A stretch of DNA of 27,419 bases, taken from NCBI GenBank assembly GCA_034667685.1, contig JAXDQU010000109.1, forward strand, positions 1-27,419, written 5' to 3'. Of this stretch, positions 17,954 through 25,237 are shown piece by piece. A program made the position numbers and the translations under genes. Under the pieces are notes generated by a model. That model made no database searches and was not told where the DNA came from. It saw only the letters and a program-made list of their open reading frames with translations. Source of the DNA: Thermoplasmata archaeon (GTDB taxonomy: Archaea; Thermoplasmatota; SW-10-69-26; JACQPN01; JAJPHT01). The first letter of the stretch is position 1, and each line of letters opens with the position of its first letter.

Positions 17954-20569
17954 TTACCTCCGGAACGCGCGGATCGTGGCGAGGACGAAGAGGAGGCCGA
18001 CGAACCACCAGCCGTAGTTGTGCACGTTCTGGAAGTCCTCGTAGATCATATCGCGCGTGGTGCGGCGTTCTTGGAGGAGGCTGGCCTGGAGGTCGGCCTG
18101 GAAGGACTCGCTGGCGCTCTGGTAGCCGGTCGTGCTGATGCGGCGCAGCACGTCGGGCGTGATCGACACGTCGTCTTGCGTCCAGTTAACGTCGCTGGGT
18201 TCGAGGAAGGCCTTCTGGTAGGCGATGATGGTCCCGGTCTCGTTCATCACCCAGACGAGGTAGAGGCCTTCGTCGGCGACGCCGCTCTTGGCGCGGTTGG
18301 GGTAGAGGACCTGGAACTGGTTGGTGTCGCTCACGAGCCAGGGGATCGCGGGGATGACGTTGGGCGTCCAGCCGCCCGTGACGGGGTCGGCGTGGTCGAC
18401 GCCGACGAAGAGGTTCGCGCTTCTGCTGCGCGTGAGGTTGAGCCAGATGCGGTCGGGGATGATCCGCGTCGTGTTGCCCGAGAAGGTGATCGTGGGCTGG
18501 TTGAGCGTGGGCAGCGTGCCGCTGGTTTGCCCCAGCTTGCCGATGCCGAGCTTGAACGAGTAGAGCCCCGGATTCGGGGGGCGGATCGTCCAGCTGGTTG
18601 GCTCGTAGCCGTTGCCGGTGAGCGTCAGCGTCACGGTGGAGCCCGAGAGGTCCTGTCCGGTGACGGTGAACGTCGCGTTGGCGTCGGCGCTGCCGGCGAG
18701 GTTGCGCGTTGACACGCTCTGGATCGTCGCGGCCCAGGCGACGGAGGGTGCGGGGGCGCCGAACGTCGAGCACGAGGCGTCGGCGCACTCGTAGACGGTG
18801 AAGCCGGCGCTCGTGTAGTAGTCGTTGGTCGAGATGAGGCTGTACGTCTTGAGGCCGTTCTGTCCGGTGGCGGTGAACGTGGGATCGTTGAGGTGCGGGT
18901 GCGCGGGCTGTGTGCCCACGAGCGTGCCGGCGTAGAGAAGGTTCCTGCCGATGGGGCTCGTGTCGAGCGTCACGGTGAGCGTCGCCGTCTGGTTCCACGG
19001 GTAGGCGAGGTAGCCGAGGCGCCATTCTTGGATGACGTAGCACCCGTTCGTGGCACAGCCGTTCCAGGTCGAGGTCGTCTTGCAGGCCTGAATGAAGGTG
19101 TTCGCGTAGCCGTAGCAGGCCAAGGTGCTGGTGCCCGTCGAGCTGGCTTCTTGCCAGCTGGTGCCGCGGGCTGCGCCGCCCCAGCTGGTCGAGAAGAGGT
19201 ACTTCTGCGGGTCTGTGTCCTTCAGGATTTCCTTGACGTAGACGTAGAAGGCACCGCCGACGTTGCCGGGCGTGACGGGGAGGCTCCAGATCGTCGTGGT
19301 GCCGCCGTAGACCTTGAGCGTCAGGGCTTGCACGTCGAGCGTGCTGCTCTCGGTCCACGTTCCGCTGACGAGCTTCCACACGTCGCCGCCGGAGTAGTAG
19401 CTCGGGCTGGCGACTTGCGCGGTCGCGCAGCTGGTGTCGCGGACGTGGAGATAGTACGTGCCGGTGAAGACCGGGGGCGCGAGGGCGCCGAGGCTCGCGC
19501 CGCTCTGGCCGGCGATGCTGTACGAGGGCGTGCCAAAGGTCAGCTGCGAGTTGTCGCTGCTGACCAGGCCGTTGATCCAGTCGATGGTCACGAGCGCGGT
19601 GGTCGAGCTCGTGGCGGTGCTGGTGATCGTCGCGGTCAGGTTGGCGAATTCGGCGGTGGGGTCCCAGGGGCTGGTCAGGTTCTTCGAGACGGTGACGCTG
19701 AGGGTCCCGCTGCAGGCGCTGGAGAAGGTCTCTCGCCAGGAGGTGATGCTCAGGTAGGAGCCCTTCGTGGCGTCGGCGGTGAAGCTCTCGGCCCAATCGA
19801 CGCTGCTCATGCTGCCCGAGGTCGTGCCGGAGTTGCTGATGAGCGAGCCGCCTTCGGCGATCTGGTTCCACTGGAATTCGGAGGAGCTGGGCGTCTTCGT
19901 GGTCTCGGTCGTGAGGATGCCGTTCTCGCTGAGCTGGGTGGGTGTCGAGGCGAGGAGCACGTAGCCGGCGGTCGTGGCGGGGCAGCTGCTCGCGCCGTAG
20001 CACCACTCCCCGACGTAGTTGAGGATGCCCGTGCGGGCGTTCTGCGAGCCGCCGGCTCCGGGCGGGAGGACCCAGCCGTTGCCCCAGTTGTTGTTGGGGC
20101 TGCCGACGCTCTGGAAGTACGAGGTCACGCTCTGCGCCATCGTGACCTTCAGGATCATGTAGTCGTGCGTGAAGGGCGAGGCGGTGACGTTCACGCTGTA
20201 GACGAGGTCCGCCTTCGAGGCTTTCGCGCCGGCCGTCACGATGGCGCCGTTGGCGTTGGCGCTCACGACGTCGCACGTCGCGCTGTTGCTCGCGCTGCTG
20301 ATGCACGCGCTGATCGAGTTACCCTGGTTTGTCGCGACGTAGAAGTAGTAGGTCGTGCCGCTGGTGAGCGTCACGCCGCTGCTGGTGGGGCAGCACGCAC
20401 CGCCTGAGAAGCCGCTGCTGGAAGCCGGGACTTGCAGTTGGCCGAAGATTTCGTAATCGGCGTCATTGTACGGGATGGCGGCCTGCGCGGTCCTCGTGAT
20501 CCAGTCGAGGCCCATGAGACCGGGGACCAGGAGCAGGAGGAGCACGAGGAGCGCGCGGCGTGCGTGCAT
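17954..20569 (-). CDS. 871-aa spike/adhesin-like glycoprotein with C-terminal membrane anchor
   Basis: Start MHARRALL (20569, coupled to the upstream stop). Ser/Thr-rich beta domains, many Cys pairs, helical stalk, then TM 'GWWFVGLLFVLATI' and RAFRR. Confidence 0.85.
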   Translation of the reverse strand: MHARRALLVLLLLLVPGLMGLDWITRTAQAAIPYNDADYEIFGQLQVPASSSGFSGGACCPTSSGVTLTSGTTYYFYVATNQGNSISACISSASNSATCDVVSANANGAIVTAGAKASKADLVYSVNVTASPFTHDYMILKVTMAQSVTSYFQSVGSPNNNWGNGWVLPPGAGGSQNARTGILNYVGEWCYGASSCPATTAGYVLLASTPTQLSENGILTTETTKTPSSSEFQWNQIAEGGSLISNSGTTSGSMSSVDWAESFTADATKGSYLSITSWRETFSSACSGTLSVTVSKNLTSPWDPTAEFANLTATITSTATSSTTALVTIDWINGLVSSDNSQLTFGTPSYSIAGQSGASLGALAPPVFTGTYYLHVRDTSCATAQVASPSYYSGGDVWKLVSGTWTESSTLDVQALTLKVYGGTTTIWSLPVTPGNVGGAFYVYVKEILKDTDPQKYLFSTSWGGAARGTSWQEASSTGTSTLACYGYANTFIQACKTTSTWNGCATNGCYVIQEWRLGYLAYPWNQTATLTVTLDTSPIGRNLLYAGTLVGTQPAHPHLNDPTFTATGQNGLKTYSLISTNDYYTSAGFTVYECADASCSTFGAPAPSVAWAATIQSVSTRNLAGSADANATFTVTGQDLSGSTVTLTLTGNGYEPTSWTIRPPNPGLYSFKLGIGKLGQTSGTLPTLNQPTITFSGNTTRIIPDRIWLNLTRSRSANLFVGVDHADPVTGGWTPNVIPAIPWLVSDTNQFQVLYPNRAKSGVADEGLYLVWVMNETGTIIAYQKAFLEPSDVNWTQDDVSITPDVLRRISTTGYQSASESFQADLQASLLQERRTTRDMIYEDFQNVHNYGWWFVGLLFVLATIRAFRR

Positions 20570-20916
20570 CAGAGGCCTCCGAGGAGCTCGAAGGCGCTCA
20601 TGGCGTTGAGCGTGCCGTAGAGGATGCACCACGCAGTGAGCAGGCGCTCGACCTTGACCGCGTAGCCGTGGCGCAGGAGGTAGAGCGCGGCGAGGAGGCT
20701 GAAGGCGAGGCCGGCGGCTTTCAGGAGCAGGAAGGGGAGCAGCCCAGCGTGGAGCGCGATGCGGGCGATGGCGTTCTCCTCGCGGAAGCCGGGGATGCTT
20801 TGGGCGGCGAGGATGGTCATGAGCACGTCGAGCGCGGCGCTGGTGGCGAGGATCGTCCAGATCGTGATGAGCGCGCGCAGCTGTGCGTTGGAGGAGGCGG
20901 GAGGGGTCGAGGACAT
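20569..20916 (-). CDS. DUF5658-like small membrane protein
   Basis: 'LDVLMT...GFREENAIAR...LLLK' pattern, three TMs. Confidence 0.65.
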   Translation of the reverse strand: MSSTPPASSNAQLRALITIWTILATSAALDVLMTILAAQSIPGFREENAIARIALHAGLLPFLLLKAAGLAFSLLAALYLLRHGYAVKVERLLTAWCILYGTLNAMSAFELLGGL

Positions 20917-20975
20917 GCGGGCACCTTCTGTGCGAGAAAGGGGAGGCGGGGCCTTGCGGCCCCAGGGGTCGGTGC

Positions 20976-21452
20976 TCAGGTCTTGCACCAATGCCAGATG
21001 CCCACGCCGATGAGCACGGGCAGGCAGATGATGAAGATCGACACCACGATCTTGGCGAGTGGCGTCATGCTCTGCATCGTCTCCACGAAGCTCTCCATCG
21101 AGCCCTTGACCTGGATGCTCGCGTCAACGCTGTTGACGTTGTCCGTGACGGTCAGCTTCGTGTACCCGGCCTTGGCGGTGTAGGGGACCTGGACGCTCTG
21201 CGTGACGGCGCCGTTGTTGTCGGCCTTGCCCGAGAAGGCCAGGACGCCGTCGATGGCAATCGAGATGTTGCCGTTGGCGGCGAAGCCGGTCGCCTGGACG
21301 AGAACCCAATCGCCGGGTTCGAGGCCGAAGGTCTTGCTCACGTTCACGCTGGGCGCCGCGGTGGCGGTGCCGACGACCGCGAGCAGCGCTCCGAGGGCCA
21401 GGAGGCCCAGGAGGGCGCGCGGCGCGATTCTCTTGGTCAGGTTGTCCTTCAT
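20976..21452 (-). CDS. 158-aa signal peptide + Ig-like domain + amphipathic helix + TM (candidate major coat/membrane protein)
   Basis: First gene of the structural operon. C-term 'SMESFVETMQSMTPLAKIVVSIFIICLPVLIGVGIWHWCKT'. Confidence 0.75.
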   Translation of the reverse strand: MKDNLTKRIAPRALLGLLALGALLAVVGTATAAPSVNVSKTFGLEPGDWVLVQATGFAANGNISIAIDGVLAFSGKADNNGAVTQSVQVPYTAKAGYTKLTVTDNVNSVDASIQVKGSMESFVETMQSMTPLAKIVVSIFIICLPVLIGVGIWHWCKT

Positions 21453-21476
21453 GCGCGTTCCTGTCGCGCAGGACCA

Positions 21477-21640
21477 GCGCCCCGAGTTTTGCCGGAGGGG
21501 GGAGGTGCGTTGCGGAGGCTTTTCGCGGGGCGCCGATCCAACGCGGCGAGACATGGTGCTCGTGCGCGGTGATAGCAACTCCCGAGGTCGTTGCTACGCC
21601 CGCGTTGGGCGCGTGGGCGCGCGTGACTACTTACCGCGCG
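21477..21640. other. Structured non-coding region with shared motif copy 2
   Basis: Stems 21477-21484/21526-21533, 21538-21546/21600-21608 and 21573-21579/21590-21596. Motif at 21606-21623. Confidence 0.55.
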
Positions 21641-21658
21641 TTCTCCATCGCGGCGTCA

Positions 21659-22387
21659 ATGGGTGACCCAAACCGTCCGAGCTATGTCGCTCTCTTCGAC
21701 ATTCTCGGTTTCCGGAACCTTGTCGCGAAACACTCCCGAGAGCCGGAAGTCCTCGCCGAGCGAATGATCGAGGCCCGAGAGTCGGCCGAAAAAATGGCCG
21801 CCGCCACAGATTGCTTTTCGATACAATTCAGCGATTCTATCCTACTCTTCACCAAAGGCATCGGCCCGGACGAACTCGAAGGGATCGTCATGACAAGCAA
21901 CTTCCTCATCCGGAAGTTTCTAACCGCGGGGTTCCCGCTTCGAGGAGGCCTCGCGGCCGGGTCATTCTATTTTCATCATTCCACCTACCTTGGGACCGCG
22001 ATGAACCGCGCCTACGAGCTTGAGCAATCCCAAGATTGGATCGGAGGAATCGTTGATCCCGCACTCGGCAACGCGCTCCGTGACGAAGATCCCGCGCAAC
22101 TCGATGCCCGAGTCGCGGAGCTTCATGGGCTGACTTCTAGTTCGCATCTGATCGAGTACCCGGCCCCCATCAAGGGCGGCCCGGTAGGCAACCTCCGATG
22201 CTTCGGCTGGCCTCTTGGAGGCAGGCAGGAAGCGATACGCTCGATCCTACAGGTCGACGGCTCGGAATCGTGGGAAGTCCTGCGAAAGATCGAGAATACT
22301 GAACGATTCCAAACGTCCGTAACTGCACTCCGCGAGGAAAGGCGTCGCAGATTGCGGGGTAACGACCGGCCATCAGGTCCTCCTTAG
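21659..22387 (+). CDS. Class III nucleotidyl cyclase-like protein
   Basis: YVALFDILGFR (metal Asp 1), QFSDSILL (Asp 2), PLRGGLAAG, GTAMNRAYELEQ. Confidence 0.75.
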   Translation: MGDPNRPSYVALFDILGFRNLVAKHSREPEVLAERMIEARESAEKMAAATDCFSIQFSDSILLFTKGIGPDELEGIVMTSNFLIRKFLTAGFPLRGGLAAGSFYFHHSTYLGTAMNRAYELEQSQDWIGGIVDPALGNALRDEDPAQLDARVAELHGLTSSSHLIEYPAPIKGGPVGNLRCFGWPLGGRQEAIRSILQVDGSESWEVLRKIENTERFQTSVTALREERRRRLRGNDRPSGPP

Positions 22388-22720
22388 CCCAAACAGGCCC
22401 GGCTTGGGCGCGTGGTCGGCGCGGCCGATGCTCTTGATTGTGGCGATGAATTGCTTGAAGAAGTTGCCGCGCTCGGCGCGGCGGGCGAGCAGGTAGGCGT
22501 TGCCCCAGCGGACGAGGTGTTCGCTGCCCGTGCCATGGTAGAAGGCGAGCATGGAGGCCACCTCCTCGGATTCTCCTGGGTTGAGGTTCGAAAGCAGGAG
22601 GTTCGGGTCGGGCTGCGTGCTCATCGTGTCGCGCAGCGCGCGGTAGAGCGCGTCGTCCTTCTCGGCGAGCTGGAGGACGGGGCTGTTCTGGATCGGTGCA
22701 TCAAGTGGATTCGTCGTCAT
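22373..22720 (-). CDS. Hypothetical protein (115 aa)
   Basis: Start overlaps the ATPase 3' end, protein-like composition. Confidence 0.7.
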   Translation of the reverse strand: MTTNPLDAPIQNSPVLQLAEKDDALYRALRDTMSTQPDPNLLLSNLNPGESEEVASMLAFYHGTGSEHLVRWGNAYLLARRAERGNFFKQFIATIKSIGRADHAPKPGLFGLRRT

Positions 22721-23816
22721 GGGATTCCTCTCTGCGGGTCATGATCTTCTTGGCGTTGAGCGCGGCGGCCTTGAGCATGTTGGGCGTGGGGTCCCAGCCG
22801 TAGATCGCGGCGAAGTCGTTGGGCTTGATGAGCAAGGTGTCGAGCATGAACTCGATTTCTTCGGCGACGGTCTGGATTTGGCTGACGTTGAGCATGGAGG
22901 CGTGGCGCTTCAGGACGCGGCGCCAGTCGGGTGTCTTGAGCTTGCGGACGCCGCACGCCTTCTGCACGGCCTCCTGGTCGAAGAGGCGGCGAACGACTTC
23001 ATCCAGCCACTCCGTGTCTTTGAACGCGGCGCGCAGCGCGCGCTCGACGTTCTCCTTCTTGATCGGGAGGTACGCCGCCCACATCGCGTCGCTACACCAG
23101 GGGATGTTCGCGTAGCCCAGGGGCAACTCGCGGACGTACACGATGAAGCGCGTGTAGCGGTAGCGCCTGTTGGCGCCCAATGCGACAAACTCTCCTTGGC
23201 TCGTGGTGTGCTCCTCGCCCTCGGGGCTTGCCCACAGGATATCAATTTCGGAGAATCTAATTTGGTCCTCAATATTCGATATCACCTTGGCCTGCGTAAG
23301 CGCCCCTTCGCCCGTGGCCTTCGACTGCTCATCGACTGCCACGCCGCTGCCACGTTCGAGTTGCGGCAGAAGCTGGGGGAGGTGGGGCACGTCGATGGTG
23401 ATGTGCTTGCGTAGATCGTCAGGTCGGACATGGTTGAAGGTCTCCAAGAGCCAGAGCATCGCGCTGCTCTTGCCTGTGCCCGTGCCGCCGGAAAACTGCC
23501 ATGCGACGTTGCCCTGCCGCTCGTGGCGCCAGGCGTGGTGCTCGCGGACGACGGGTGTAATGTTCGTCTCCAGCGCGCGGAAGAGGCGAATGGTCTCGCT
23601 GGCTTCGGGCGCTTCGCTGAAGACGCGCAGGCGCTCGCGGACGTAGAGCTCCTGGAGGGGGCTGAGCTCGACGCCTTCGCCGAGGTGCGCGTCGACCATC
23701 TTGTCGGCGAGCTCGCCGCCCAGGGTGAGGAGGAGCAGCTGCATGTCCTCGGGCGTGACGTTGTCGAGCCGGCCCGAGAGGAGCGCGGTGAGCTGGTCGC
23801 TGCCGCGGAGGTTCAT
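22701..23816 (-). CDS. P-loop ATPase (candidate viral packaging/extrusion NTPase)
   Basis: Walker A GGTGTGKS, Walker B GVAVDE, downstream 'QIRFSEIDILWASP'. Start MNLRG in an ATGA overlap with the Rep stop. Confidence 0.85.
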   Translation of the reverse strand: MNLRGSDQLTALLSGRLDNVTPEDMQLLLLTLGGELADKMVDAHLGEGVELSPLQELYVRERLRVFSEAPEASETIRLFRALETNITPVVREHHAWRHERQGNVAWQFSGGTGTGKSSAMLWLLETFNHVRPDDLRKHITIDVPHLPQLLPQLERGSGVAVDEQSKATGEGALTQAKVISNIEDQIRFSEIDILWASPEGEEHTTSQGEFVALGANRRYRYTRFIVYVRELPLGYANIPWCSDAMWAAYLPIKKENVERALRAAFKDTEWLDEVVRRLFDQEAVQKACGVRKLKTPDWRRVLKRHASMLNVSQIQTVAEEIEFMLDTLLIKPNDFAAIYGWDPTPNMLKAAALNAKKIMTRREESHDDEST

Positions 23817-24754
23817 TCGTCCTCGCTTTGCTCGGCCTGCGCGATCTTCTGGCCGAAGGCCGCGGCGCTCTTGGCGAAGCTGCGGTCCTGCATGTAGCCG
23901 AACCAGACGCGGCGGCGCTTGCGGTAGAGCATGTGCTCGATGCGCTGGAAGTTGTGGATGACCTCGCTGCCCTCGTAGATGCAGACCTCGCCCTTCTTCT
24001 CGTTGGGCATGTAGTACCAGTCGCCTTCGGGGCCGTTGTCCACGAGCCACGCGAGGTGCGGCTGGTAGACGTTGCGGGCGCTGTATCGGATGACGTGGCG
24101 GACCTTCCAGGGGAGGTTGAAGACGCGGTGGTTGCGCGTGTCGCACCACCAGTCGACCTTTTCGGGCTCCTCGTGCGCGGCGAGGCCGAAGTGGCGCGTG
24201 AGGTTGCGCCGGTAGATTTCGCGCACGTCGTCGTGGTGGACGAAGGGCGGGCGGTGCTGCTTGGTCTTGCCCGTCGCGGTGACGAGGTAGCCGTTCGTCA
24301 CCACGTCCCAATGGGGGTGGAACTTGCGAATGTCGTCGTCGCCGTGGGCGTGGAAATTCATGACGCCGGCCACGTCGGCGCCGTGGACCTCGCGCAGCGT
24401 GTCGAGGACCGCAAGGCGGAAGCTGTGCCAGCCGGCGACGCTGACGAGGCGGGCGCGGAGCTCGGGCGGGAGCGTGAACACGTCGTGCGCGAGGCGCATC
24501 TTGGCGGCCGTGGGCGTGCAGGCCTCGAAGTGGCGGTACTGCTTGCGCGCGATCTTGCGTGACTCGTTCATGCTGCATGCGGGGCAGTAGCGGTCGCGGC
24601 AGCAGCGGCGGAACTCGCCGCGCAGTTGCGCTTCGCAGCAGGCGATGATCTTCGCCGCCAGGACTGGCGGGTAGTAGGTGCGGACGAGCGCGAGGCGGTC
24701 GGGCGTGACGTACTTCTGGACCTGAGCGAGCCAGTAGGCGAAGTTTTCGCGCAT
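23813..24754 (-). CDS. HUH rolling-circle replication initiator, IS91-transposase/SNJ1-RepA-like
   Basis: Zn-binding 'CCRDRYCPAC', motif I 'HDVFTLP', motif II 'NFHAHG...FHPHWDVV', motif III 'IRYSAR'. Confidence 0.85.
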   Translation of the reverse strand: MRENFAYWLAQVQKYVTPDRLALVRTYYPPVLAAKIIACCEAQLRGEFRRCCRDRYCPACSMNESRKIARKQYRHFEACTPTAAKMRLAHDVFTLPPELRARLVSVAGWHSFRLAVLDTLREVHGADVAGVMNFHAHGDDDIRKFHPHWDVVTNGYLVTATGKTKQHRPPFVHHDDVREIYRRNLTRHFGLAAHEEPEKVDWWCDTRNHRVFNLPWKVRHVIRYSARNVYQPHLAWLVDNGPEGDWYYMPNEKKGEVCIYEGSEVIHNFQRIEHMLYRKRRRVWFGYMQDRSFAKSAAAFGQKIAQAEQSEDE

Positions 24755-24797
24755 GGCGAGCCTGGCGGCGCTGCGTGGGCTTCTTCTTCGCGTGGCA

Positions 24798-24820
24798 TCG
24801 TCTCGTGGGCGCGTGGGCGC
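24798..24820 (-). promoter_or_regulatory. Shared element motif, copy 3, upstream of Rep
   Basis: Identical to 10293-10315. Confidence 0.6.
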
Positions 24821-24892
24821 ACATGGAGGCAGGAGTCGTCACGGTGACGGCGCGCGGTGCGCGTGTCGTGTCGTCGCGTCGTTGTTGTTCCG

Positions 24893-25196
24893 TTGAGTTA
24901 ATGAAAATGAGATTTTTTTGAAATTGAGATTTGAGATTGAAAGAGGCAGGGCACGATCCCTTGACCAGGTGATCTTGCGGACAGGGGCGCCTCCTCGGGC
25001 CTTCCGATTGTTCTTCAGAATACACTACTGGCCTCCGTAAACTACGGCGTAGTGTATTCCGGGAACAACCGGGTCCCGAGGGCTCCTCCCCGCCGATCCC
25101 TGCCAGAGAGGTTTCCTTGCCCGTCTCAAAAGAGGTCAAGATAGGCGGCTTTTGAGCACGGGCGCTTGCTCGCGTGGGCGCTTGAGGCGTGGGCGT
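24893..25196. other. Candidate rolling-circle origin: AT-rich tract, long hairpin, iteron-like repeats
   Basis: TGAGATT x3 (24908, 24925, 24932). Perfect 11-bp stem 25018-25028/25049-25059 within a longer hairpin 24993-25081. Three imperfect 14-16-bp tandem repeats at 25152-25196. Confidence 0.6.
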
Positions 25197-25237
25197 CGAT
25201 CGAGTCGGCTCAGACTGTCAAACAATGATCGGATCGC

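Larger units (their letters stand above)
9588..25200 (-). mobile_element. Integrated rolling-circle virus-like element (pleolipovirus/inovirus-like architecture). Boundaries uncertain, may extend beyond the right window edge
   Basis: Co-oriented HUH Rep, P-loop ATPase and membrane-anchored structural-like genes. Hairpin origin candidate, shared upstream motifs, lower-GC cargo. Confidence 0.65.

Noticed and set aside
15344-20407. Long alternate and antisense ORFs over the structural operon
   Set aside because: Shadow frames with unnatural composition.
23817-25139. 441-aa N-terminal extension of the ATPase ORF (possible Rep-ATPase overlap or fusion)
   Set aside because: Low-complexity alternate frame over Rep. 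The ATGA overlap at 23813-23816 gives a natural start.
25152-25196. Mini CRISPR array
   Set aside because: Repeats are short, degenerate and have no spacers, and no cas genes are present.
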